In this document: positions 52,061-59,734 of the stretch, piece by piece
Numbering within the stretch: position 1 is the first letter of the stretch
How the letters are laid out: each line of letters starts with the position of its first letter
From: a bacterium
GTDB lineage: Bacteria; Patescibacteriota; Patescibacteriia; UBA10025
Assembly (NCBI GenBank): GCA_021815445.1
Contig: JAKAGM010000001.1
Span: 67,447 to 131,446 of the forward strand
Reading direction: 5' to 3'
Length of the DNA: 64,000 bases
The notes under the pieces: generated by a model
The model's database searches: none
What the model saw: the letters and a program-made list of their open reading frames with translations, nothing else
What the model was told of the DNA's origin: nothing
Made by a program: the position numbers and the translations under genes

Positions 52061-52086
52061 GGAAGGATATTCGATGACGGGACATC

Positions 52087-52635
52087 ATGGACACCCTGTA
52101 TGACAAAGTAAAAAAATGGCTCGCGGCGAATTCAAAGCCGCGCCACATGGCCCACTTCGAGCGGACCGCCTATTGGGTCGGGCAGCTTAAGCCCGGCGCT
52201 GACGAAGCCATGTTCATTGCTGCCCTCGCCCATGACGCCGAGCGTGTCTTTCGTGACAAGGCGACAAAACACGCGGGCGCATACATCCGGGAGCCCGAGT
52301 ATTTACATGCGCACCAGGAGGGAGGGGCAAAAATGGCGGGGGAGTTCCTGGGACGCAGCGGCGCGGATGAGGCGCTCATCGAGCGGGTAAAAATGTTAAT
52401 CTCGAAACACGAAGAAGGCGGAACACAGGACCAAAATGTCATCATGGACGCCGACAGCATCAGCTTTTTCGAAAACAATGTCGACCATTTTGCCAATGAT
52501 CTGATGAAGATCTACGGCAAAGATAAGACCGTAGAAAAGTTCAAATGGATGTACAGCCGCATGTCATCCGCACGTGCACAGGAGATCGCCAAAGACTGGT
52601 ACGACCGCGCTTTGCGCCTGGTCGGCGAAAAATAA
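52087..52635 (+). CDS. HD-domain phosphohydrolase-like protein
   Basis: H...HD pattern (...HMAHFERT...AALAHDAER...). Confidence 0.5.
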   Translation: MDTLYDKVKKWLAANSKPRHMAHFERTAYWVGQLKPGADEAMFIAALAHDAERVFRDKATKHAGAYIREPEYLHAHQEGGAKMAGEFLGRSGADEALIERVKMLISKHEEGGTQDQNVIMDADSISFFENNVDHFANDLMKIYGKDKTVEKFKWMYSRMSSARAQEIAKDWYDRALRLVGEK

Positions 52636-52781
52636 ATTATCCTATCTGCCGAGATTTCTCGCAGGCGCTCAAATGAGACAAGCGCAATTTTTGCGCTCAG
52701 TCTTGACAATGTTCTGTCATATGCTAGCATGTGAGGAAAATAAGCCGCTCATTCATTCACCCGCACTTGAAAGGAGTTCCC

Positions 52782-53024
52782 ATGGGGGTAATACTGTGCA
52801 ATAGTCTATCGATCAAGAGAGCTGATGGCAGGGAAGATGTCGTCGCAGACTCAATCACCAAGGATGGACCTCCAAAACTGAACGACGGACCCTCGACATT
52901 GAATCTGCTCAAGATTGACTCCCGAGCCGCCGTAGTCGGCAAGGACGGACCCGTGAGTACTGTCGATATCCGTCCGCGCAGAATGTCAGCCGTGGAACTT
53001 CTCCTGAGCATTCGTCTCAGTTAA
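52782..53024 (+). CDS. possible small protein (80 aa)
   Basis: AAAGGAG RBS 6 nt before the ATG at 52782; TTGACA at 52703 with palindrome CATGCTAGCATG over the -10 region; AAGCCC/GGGCTT + T8 terminator after the stop. Confidence 0.3.
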   Translation: MGVILCNSLSIKRADGREDVVADSITKDGPPKLNDGPSTLNLLKIDSRAAVVGKDGPVSTVDIRPRRMSAVELLLSIRLS

Positions 53025-53069
53025 GCCCTTGTACGCGATACATCGGGCTTTTTTTTCATCTATAACTTT

Positions 53070-53432
53070 TTGTGCGGGGTTGTACCGTCTCCGGCACAAC
53101 GTGGCGCGCGCACCTTAGAGAAGGTGCGCTTTGGGGGTAAAAAAACGTTATCATTCCCCGATCGCACGCTCTCCAGCGTGCGATCGCCCTGTCATATACC
53201 CCCCACCATCTCCGACCTCATGCAATCCATTAAAGGCAATTTTTCACGTAAATTGCACATGGGCAATATTTGGCAACGCCGGTTTTACGTAGAAATTGTC
53301 GACACCGATCGGTATTTCCGTACCGTCATCGAATACATCCAACACAACCCCGTCGAAGCGGACTTGCCACCCAAATACAATAAAATGCCGTATCAATTTA
53401 TTGATTATTTAAAGGTTGGGGAATTGCTGTAA
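53070..53432 (+). pseudogene. remnant of an IS200/IS605-family (RAYT-like) Y1 transposase gene, C-terminal half only (HuH motif region missing)
   Basis: ...GNIWQRRFYVEIVDTDRYFRTVIEYIQHNPVEADL... matches the C-terminal conserved block of IS200 TnpA/REP-associated tyrosine transposases; N-terminal 60 aa unrelated and overlaid by hairpins. Confidence 0.55.
53159..53186 (+). repeat. REP-like perfect hairpin CGATCGCACGCT-ctcc-AGCGTGCGATCG (with a second hairpin GCGCACC...GGTGCGC at 53105-53130)
   Basis: 12-bp perfect inverted repeat with 4-nt loop inside the transposase remnant; resembles subterminal/REP hairpins recognised by IS200/RAYT transposases. Confidence 0.5.
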
Positions 53433-53496
53433 TAAAGAAAAACGGCGCTCACGGTTGATTGCGCGTGAGAGCCGTTGTCGAATGTTTGAACGATGC

Positions 53497-54213
53497 CTAC
53501 TTCTTCCGTCCCATGATGCTGAGGATGCGGACGAACAGATTGACCACATCCAGGAAGATAGCCACCGAACAGTCGACTGCGTTATCCAGCGTGCGGGGAA
53601 GTCGGAGCGCCCTGTTCCAGTCGAAGATGATGTAGATGCAGAACAAGACAGCGACGAAGTAGTCGAACCCGAGCCACAGATAGTGCCACATGGTGCTGTA
53701 CATGTCCGCGTCCGGCGCGAGCGGCCCTGCCGAAGCGGGGAAAAACAGTCTCGCGATACTCACCAGCACGACTGCGGTCAGTATCCCGAAAAGGTACCCG
53801 CCCCAATGTTCGAGCGACTGCGGGATAATGATCCCGACGATGGACATCGCGACTGACACGCCGCACGTGGCAAGCAGTGCGTTTATAACGACACCCGACT
53901 CGTACAGGTTTACCGTCGGTCCGCAAATAGCGCCGATGCCCCCCACGACGAGGAAGTACCCGAAGAGCGATACTCCCCACTGGTCGCACATGAAGGCGAT
54001 GAAGATGCCCAGTATAGGCATTGCCAGGCCGATGGTGATGACCTCGAAAAGCAAAGGATGCCAGTGCAGGGTCATGTATGCGATGAACGACGCCACAAGC
54101 ATCCCCAGTACCGTAAACCCGCTGACGGCGAATATGTACGCACGCTGAGACAGGATGTCATCTGCATCCCACCCGCGCCGTTCCCAAATTGATTCTCCCA
54201 AGCTTAGACTCAT
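53497..54213 (-). CDS. Bax inhibitor-1/YccA-family membrane protein
   Basis: 7 TM; C-terminal ...DWNRALR...DNAVDCSVAIFLDVVNLFVRILSIMG typical of the BI-1 family; start at the ATG with strong GGAGGAGGGAGA RBS (ORF-track upstream extension rejected). Confidence 0.7.
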   Translation of the reverse strand: MSLSLGESIWERRGWDADDILSQRAYIFAVSGFTVLGMLVASFIAYMTLHWHPLLFEVITIGLAMPILGIFIAFMCDQWGVSLFGYFLVVGGIGAICGPTVNLYESGVVINALLATCGVSVAMSIVGIIIPQSLEHWGGYLFGILTAVVLVSIARLFFPASAGPLAPDADMYSTMWHYLWLGFDYFVAVLFCIYIIFDWNRALRLPRTLDNAVDCSVAIFLDVVNLFVRILSIMGRKK

Positions 54214-54314
54214 TCTCCCTCCTCCGGGAAGTAGAACTGCTGATTGACGATGATCGATTTTGATAGGGGATTGTAGCAAAAGAAAAAGGCGCTGTCAATG
54301 CTGCGGGCGGCTTG

Positions 54315-54347
54315 TTTTTCGGGGAAAATTGGGGTAAGGTTGAGGTA
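54315..54347 (+). repeat. direct repeat copy 1 (TTTTTCGGGGAAAATTGGGGTAAGGTTGAGGTA)
   Basis: 28/33 identical to 54803-54835; the pair flanks the SRPBCC gene. Confidence 0.5.
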
Positions 54348-54793
54348 TGAAAAAAATTGAACTCAAAGGCAGCTGGGTCATACAAGCTCCAAAAGAAAAA
54401 ATATATAGCATCGTCAGCGATTTCGAGAAGATGCCTGAGCGTTTTCCGAAAGTTGCTCATTCTCTCACCATCACCAAGCGGGAAGGGGATACTTTGTATA
54501 TCGATGCCAAAGCAAAGTCATTTGGCATGGTGATCCCCGTAAAAATGAAAACACGGCTGCTCCCCGGCAGGGGGTACATCTCAGACAATCAAAATGACAA
54601 GCTGGGTCACACCGGACATGAAGAATTTTTGTTAGAGGATATTCCGGAAGGAACGAAAATTACGTATGTGTATCAGCTGCAGATACGGAATAAGTTTTTC
54701 GCGTTAATTGCCAAACCGCTCTATGACTGGTATGCGCTCAAAATGTGGGAAAAAGCTTTTATAGATAGGTTACGAGAATTAGTAAAGTCCTAG
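54347..54793 (+). CDS. SRPBCC-superfamily protein (polyketide-cyclase/START-like)
   Basis: 148 aa; ...GSWVIQAPKEKIYSIVSDFEKMPERFPKVAHSLTIT... and C-terminal ...PLYDWYALKMWEKAFIDRL... Confidence 0.55.
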   Translation: MKKIELKGSWVIQAPKEKIYSIVSDFEKMPERFPKVAHSLTITKREGDTLYIDAKAKSFGMVIPVKMKTRLLPGRGYISDNQNDKLGHTGHEEFLLEDIPEGTKITYVYQLQIRNKFFALIAKPLYDWYALKMWEKAFIDRLRELVKS

Positions 54794-54802
54794 AGATGAG
54801 TT

Positions 54803-54835
54803 GATTTTCGGGGAAAATTGGGGTAGGATGGGGCT
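54803..54835 (+). repeat. direct repeat copy 2 (GATTTTCGGGGAAAATTGGGGTAGGATGGGGCT)
   Basis: see 54315-54347; marks the left edge of the low-GC island. Confidence 0.5.
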
Positions 54836-54874
54836 AGGCTATTTAGGTAATAGCCAGTCTTTTACTATTCCTTT

Positions 54875-54909
54875 TTGGAATATTACATAACGGAATATAT
54901 AATGTACCT
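54875..54909 (+). promoter_or_regulatory. promoter TTGGAA-N17-TATAAT ending 6 nt before the C-protein ATG (leaderless-type transcript) with inverted repeat TACAT-N13-ATGTA (candidate C-box)
   Basis: consensus -10 TATAAT at 54898-54903, ATG at 54910; leaderless transcripts and operator palindromes over the promoter are typical of C-protein genes. Confidence 0.4.
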
Positions 54910-55131
54910 ATGACTAATACTATTTACACAAAAGATCATAAGGATGTTGTCGAACGGTTGAAAAAAGCCCGACAAGAAATAGGTTTAGATCAGATAGAAG
55001 TAGCCAAGTTGCTTCGAAAAACCCAGTCACATGTCTCAAAAATTGAATCCGGACAAAGACGGGTAGATGTCATTTCATTGAAGGAGCTTGCACGAATTTA
55101 TAAAAAGCCGATTAGATATTTTATTGACTAA
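54910..55131 (+). CDS. XRE-family HTH regulator, probable restriction-modification controller (C) protein
   Basis: 73 aa, ...LKKARQEIGLDQIEVAKLLRKTQSHVSKIESGQRRVDVISLKELARIYKKPIRYF...; immediately upstream of and co-directional with the orphan 347-aa gene. Confidence 0.7.
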   Translation: MTNTIYTKDHKDVVERLKKARQEIGLDQIEVAKLLRKTQSHVSKIESGQRRVDVISLKELARIYKKPIRYFID

Positions 55132-55134
55132 GCT

Positions 55135-56178
55135 ATGCTTATACAAGACCCTGTTGAAAGTGGGAGGATTGATTATGCTGAAATTATCAAGCAGTATGCT
55201 TGGGCTATAGAAAAAAATCGGTTGTGTGTTTTAAGTCCGGACAGCGATGGTTTCATTTGTGGGCTTTTAGTTACTAATTTTCTCAATTGGAGGGTTGTTG
55301 GATTTTATGATGGAAAAGTACTAATAACACAAAGTGGCGTAAATATTAATGATTGTAGTTTTCTTGATATTGAGATTAATAGAGCCGGTGTAGGGAGTAT
55401 AGGCAACCATCTTGTCGAGTATAACCGCTCGATTCCTATTAATAATTTTAACTTTCAAGGTTGCATCCAGCCAAACATACTTAGAAAATTTGACGGGAAA
55501 AACGCATTTCAAAGGAAATACCCATTTGGAACAATTCATCTATTACTAGGTATTCTACAATATGGCGAGATTATTGATATCCTCCCAGATAGTGCCATAA
55601 GTCCACTACTTTTTGTAGACGGTGTTGGGAATAACCTTTTCGGATATCCCGAGAACTGTCTTGATTGGATAGACTACTTAAAAATCAATCAGGATAGCCA
55701 TATTCTCCACAAGTTTTTTTGCGAAAACGATCTTAACTTCTATGAAGTGATGGGGTATCTAAAAGAATTCTTCAAAGTCCGGGACGAGTTTAATGCAACA
55801 GGATACTTTGATGGCACAGAATTAATACGGGGTGGTAATAATAAGAGAACTGGGCACAAGATAAAAATTTCCAATTCTCGCGGAGAGCCGATAAATCTAG
55901 TAAAAAAAGGGGTCAGTTTTGATTTACATCCGATTGAGGCGAATCGTGTGCAGGGCTTTATTACGCATATAGCCACTATGATGGGCTGGAGGTACTTGGC
56001 GGAGAATTGGAACTGGGCTAATTTTAATTTGCAAGTTTTTAAAAAGGGAATGCTGTCGAGTGATTCAGAAAATCCAGACTTCCGCCTAAACAATAAAACG
56101 ATTACGGCGCTTTTTGAAAAAAATCCGCTCTCACTTGCAATGACAGCGACCAATAGAATTGAATATTCAATTGAGTAA
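55135..56178 (+). CDS. hypothetical protein, candidate Type II restriction endonuclease
   Basis: 347 aa, low GC, no recognised motif. The call rests on context (C gene directly upstream, convergent DNA methyltransferase downstream). ...SPDSDGF...FLDIEIN... could be a degenerate PD-(D/E)xK. Confidence 0.4.
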   Translation: MLIQDPVESGRIDYAEIIKQYAWAIEKNRLCVLSPDSDGFICGLLVTNFLNWRVVGFYDGKVLITQSGVNINDCSFLDIEINRAGVGSIGNHLVEYNRSIPINNFNFQGCIQPNILRKFDGKNAFQRKYPFGTIHLLLGILQYGEIIDILPDSAISPLLFVDGVGNNLFGYPENCLDWIDYLKINQDSHILHKFFCENDLNFYEVMGYLKEFFKVRDEFNATGYFDGTELIRGGNNKRTGHKIKISNSRGEPINLVKKGVSFDLHPIEANRVQGFITHIATMMGWRYLAENWNWANFNLQVFKKGMLSSDSENPDFRLNNKTITALFEKNPLSLAMTATNRIEYSIE

Positions 56179-56188
56179 GTTTTGGAAT

Positions 56189-57649
56189 CTACTCAAATAA
56201 GGAGTCACCTACTGACCTAATTCGGTCTTCGGCGAGTTTACAATATTCTTGCGATATATCTATCCCAATATACTTACGTCCCAATCGCTTTGCTGCAACT
56301 GCAGTAGACCCGCTCCCAATAAATGGATCAAGGACGATTCCTTTGGGAGGGCAGAAACACTGAATAAAATCTGTCGGAATTTTATCAGGAAATGTTGCCG
56401 GGTGCCTCCGCTTGAGCGGATTTTTGTCACCAGCGTTAAGATAATCCCAAACCGTCCCGCGGCACTTCATAGTGTTAATCTCCCTAGTTACAGTATTTGT
56501 GGTTGTACCATCAGTTCGTCGATTACCACTTCCAGTCATAATTTTCCCCGCATGCTTTGAAGGAATTTTTAGCGGCTCTTTGTTAAAATATATCGGCCGC
56601 TCTCCCTTTAAAAAAATTGGCATATACTCGTGATCTACTCGAAATCGATACTTCCACCATGCTCCCTCAGTCCCATATTTCCTGTAGATCACGTTTTCAA
56701 ACAACTTAAATCCCGCATTATCGCACCAATCAATTATGGTCCTAAAAGAGGTAAGAGTCTTACCAAAGTTACGAGTTGCATCCTGGATGACCATAGCTAC
56801 AATGCCACCTTCTTTCAGGACGCGATAAAGTTCTATTCCGACTGCAGGCAAATTTAATGAAAAACCATTGTACGCTCGGATATCATCATAAGGTGGTGAG
56901 GTAACAGCCAGGTCAATCGAATTGGAAGGGATTTTTCTTAAAACTTCGACTGCATCCCCACAAATTATTTTATTCAAGGGTAAATCTTCGCACCTTTCCC
57001 TTGTCTTATCAGTTGGCTGGTAGGTCTTCTGTGTTGCACCTTTCTTAATCACATCAAGCACTACTCCTTGCACTGAGACAGAGTTTTTATTTTGGAAAAC
57101 CAGGGACTGCATTCTTTTGTTAGCCGGTTTTAAGCGTATCGACCCTCGTTCTTTATAAAATTTCTTTAATGTCGCTTCGTGGTTATCTATTAGAGCAACA
57201 ACTTTTTGACCGTTTTCTGCAGTAAATTGATGTTTCACTAATACGATATCGCCGTCGTTAATATTCTCATCGGTCATACTGTTACCAACAACCCGAAGAG
57301 CATAGAATTTTCCCTGCCCCGGTAACCTTCCTTTTGGGATAGCGATTGATTCTTTTTGTGATATTGCCTCGATGGGTTGACCGGCTGCGATCATTCCCTC
57401 CAAGGGGATACTGACCATACTCTCACTACTCCGTAACTCAATACCCCTCGCGGCATGATCGTTTCTTGAAAGGTAACCCTTTGAGGATAAGGTATCAATA
57501 TGCTGGTGAATCGTAGACAGAGCTGATAGACGAAAATGCTTGCGAATCTCCTCAAAAGTGGGTGAGTAGCCATTCTCGTCAATAAAGCCCTGGATATAGT
57601 CGAGAATTTGTTTTTGTCTCTTCGTCAGAGTAGCCATAAGTATTGACAA
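56189..57649 (-). CDS. fusion protein: full LexA repressor (wHTH + S24 autopeptidase) fused to a beta-class N4-cytosine/N6-adenine DNA methyltransferase
   Basis: One ORF with no internal stop. N-terminal 200 aa = LexA (...QKQILDYIQGFIDENGYSPTFEEI...; cleavage-site-like IAAGQP; Ser nucleophile VVGNSM; Lys in ATLKKF). C-terminal 280 aa = MTase (motif IV DLAVTSPPY before motif I VLDPFIGSGSTAVAA, beta order). Confidence 0.75.
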   Translation of the reverse strand: MSILMATLTKRQKQILDYIQGFIDENGYSPTFEEIRKHFRLSALSTIHQHIDTLSSKGYLSRNDHAARGIELRSSESMVSIPLEGMIAAGQPIEAISQKESIAIPKGRLPGQGKFYALRVVGNSMTDENINDGDIVLVKHQFTAENGQKVVALIDNHEATLKKFYKERGSIRLKPANKRMQSLVFQNKNSVSVQGVVLDVIKKGATQKTYQPTDKTRERCEDLPLNKIICGDAVEVLRKIPSNSIDLAVTSPPYDDIRAYNGFSLNLPAVGIELYRVLKEGGIVAMVIQDATRNFGKTLTSFRTIIDWCDNAGFKLFENVIYRKYGTEGAWWKYRFRVDHEYMPIFLKGERPIYFNKEPLKIPSKHAGKIMTGSGNRRTDGTTTNTVTREINTMKCRGTVWDYLNAGDKNPLKRRHPATFPDKIPTDFIQCFCPPKGIVLDPFIGSGSTAVAAKRLGRKYIGIDISQEYCKLAEDRIRSVGDSLFE

Positions 57650-57687
57650 GCCCTAATATTTTTTTACATTTACAGTATACCGAAAAT

Positions 57688-57703
57688 CTACCGAAGTAGG
57701 TAG
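57688..57703 (-). promoter_or_regulatory. palindrome CTACCGAAGTAGGTAG (CTACC-N6-GGTAG) ~40 bp upstream of the lexA-MTase start; candidate operator
   Basis: perfect 5-6-5 inverted repeat in the promoter region; no E. coli-type (CTGT-N8-ACAG) or Bacillus-type (GAAC-N4-GTTC) SOS box found. Confidence 0.3.
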
Positions 57704-57829
57704 TGGCGTTATCCACACAAAATTAATTATTGAAAGGAGGTGAAATACATGAATAAAACGCCGGGCTTTAAAAATATCCTAATTTTATTCTCTTGTCCCC
57801 CGATCTAAACTAGGAGTACAATTAATAGC

Positions 57830-59524
57830 GTGAAGATAAGATTTTTCCCCCTGATTGCCTGCGAATCTATGCTCTTCATCCCTCATTCACCAAAGCAACT
57901 TATTAGTACACTCGCTATCGCGGGTGTGCTTGGAATCGGAATACTGGCATATTTTACATGGTTTACTGTGGGGGTCGGGGATGTACCAAGCAACGGTAAC
58001 GCCGCGATCACCAACCAGCCGGCTGTCAATGTGGCGCTAAGCGCTCAAGAGGAATGCGCGCGGAGAGGACCCTCGTTCACCTGGTGTGAGCAGAAGCAAA
58101 AATGCATCGACCCATCCCGTCAAAATTGCAAGGATGTTTCTCTTGATTCGTATTTGACCAATTCAAGCACCCTCACCGTTCTTTCCGGCTCGATGCTCTA
58201 TATCCAAGACGGCGATGTGTGGAAGTCGGATATCAACGGCCGTACGCCGGTCAAGCTCGTAGACCGTGACGCGGTGACGAAAGCTATCCCTTCGCCTGAC
58301 GGGTCCATGATCGCCTATGCTATCGTCTATCCGTCTACCGAGACCGTGAAAAATGCCGATGGTACGGAAGAGTCCGTCGAATTGTCAGGATCTTGGGGGG
58401 CCAAACAAACGCTGTACGTCGCTAACGGCGTGGGTGCCGACAGTCGCCAGGTGCAGAAACAGGTGGGACGCTGGGGGTGGATACCAAATACCAAACTGCT
58501 GTGGTATGAGACCAGCTCTTTACAGCAGTATTTCAGTTGGGGGTACATCGGCGACAACAATATGTGGGTGTATGATCCTGCCGCACGCACATCAAAAGAA
58601 ATACGAAAGGCCGGTGACGTAGCCTGGAGCGACCCGCTCCTTGGTCCCAGGTGGTCTCCTGACGGAAAGAATGTACTGCTTGTTACGTATGAGAAAATTG
58701 ACGATACCAACGGCTCACTGGCTTTGCATGTGGTCAATCGGTCGACCGCGAAAGAGCGAAACCTGCTGTACATCCCGTGGGTTGGGGGAGACCGGGGTGG
58801 TCCGCCGCCTATTCCATCATTTTTTTGGAGCGGGGACAGCTCGACAATTTACACGGGTTTCACCCCGGTAATCGAGGCCTCAAATAACACTGCCAATAAG
58901 ATACATTACCTTGACATCCTGCGATCAAACTACATCTCCGTGTTAGCCATACCGGTGAACGGCGGGCAGGTAAAAGAAGTATTTCCGTCAGAGCCGTCAA
59001 TCGTCTTTGCCGACGAGAGTCCCATCCACGTGAACTTCTCCGAAGATCGCAGTAAGGTGCTCTACTTCGCCGTCAAATCGGATAAAGTCACACCCGATAG
59101 TCCCTCGGACTGGGTAAAATACGGTGATGCTGATGCGCAGATGGTAGTACGGGATATACACAAGGGCACTTCCTACACCATCAGCGACACGTTCAACGGC
59201 AATCACACACTTTTCCACGTTAGTGATGACTCGCTCTCGACGCATATCACTGATGATGGGGTATACTGGTTTGATACCGAGACGAGGGACTCTATCCACT
59301 GGCTGAATGTCTATTATTACGACTTTACCACATCCCAAAAGACGACAGTGGCCACTATGCCCGCGCCAATTGATGATGACAGGGGGCTTTTACTGAGTGA
59401 TATTTCCTACCTACCTTCTGCGCATGCAGTACTATTCCGTGCCGGGAGCACCCTCTACAAAGTACAAAATGACAAGATAGCTGCAATCGTGGAGAAAGTG
59501 GATGAGGTGGCGTATTACGAGTGA
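57830..59524 (+). CDS. membrane-anchored extracytoplasmic beta-propeller-like protein (TolB/WD40-like repeats)
   Basis: GTG start; N-terminal TM; recurring ...SPDGS.../...WSPDGKNVLLV... propeller-blade motifs; 564 aa. Confidence 0.5.
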   Translation: MKIRFFPLIACESMLFIPHSPKQLISTLAIAGVLGIGILAYFTWFTVGVGDVPSNGNAAITNQPAVNVALSAQEECARRGPSFTWCEQKQKCIDPSRQNCKDVSLDSYLTNSSTLTVLSGSMLYIQDGDVWKSDINGRTPVKLVDRDAVTKAIPSPDGSMIAYAIVYPSTETVKNADGTEESVELSGSWGAKQTLYVANGVGADSRQVQKQVGRWGWIPNTKLLWYETSSLQQYFSWGYIGDNNMWVYDPAARTSKEIRKAGDVAWSDPLLGPRWSPDGKNVLLVTYEKIDDTNGSLALHVVNRSTAKERNLLYIPWVGGDRGGPPPIPSFFWSGDSSTIYTGFTPVIEASNNTANKIHYLDILRSNYISVLAIPVNGGQVKEVFPSEPSIVFADESPIHVNFSEDRSKVLYFAVKSDKVTPDSPSDWVKYGDADAQMVVRDIHKGTSYTISDTFNGNHTLFHVSDDSLSTHITDDGVYWFDTETRDSIHWLNVYYYDFTTSQKTTVATMPAPIDDDRGLLLSDISYLPSAHAVLFRAGSTLYKVQNDKIAAIVEKVDEVAYYE

Positions 59525-59582
59525 ATAGGGGATTTTGAGATGGGACTTAGGATACCGGTAGGCCCGGCTACCTCAAAAGAAA

Positions 59583-59604
59583 AACAGCCTCTCGGGAGGC
59601 TGTT
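59583..59604 (+). terminator. stem-loop AACAGCCTC-tcgg-GAGGCTGTT downstream of the 57830 gene
   Basis: 9-bp perfect stem with tetraloop; no T-run on +. Confidence 0.35.
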
Positions 59605-59636
59605 GCGTGCATGATACGTAGGTCGGGAGGCGCCAC

Positions 59637-59664
59637 TTGACAAAGCCGGGGTTTTTGCTATACT
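59637..59664 (+). promoter_or_regulatory. sigma70-like promoter TTGACA-N16-TATACT
   Basis: near-consensus hexamers ~70 nt upstream of the lipoprotein gene. Confidence 0.5.
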
Positions 59665-59734
59665 TCGACGTTAAAAGTATGTGTAAAAGAAATACTGAAC
59701 CCTCTATCGCAGAAGGCGCAGAAGGAGTATCACG

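Noticed and set aside
57650-57760. Canonical SOS boxes (CTGT-N8-ACAG or GAAC-N4-GTTC) upstream of the LexA::MTase gene
   Set aside because: None found by eye. Only a CTACC-N6-GGTAG palindrome is present, and it is reported as a low-confidence operator candidate
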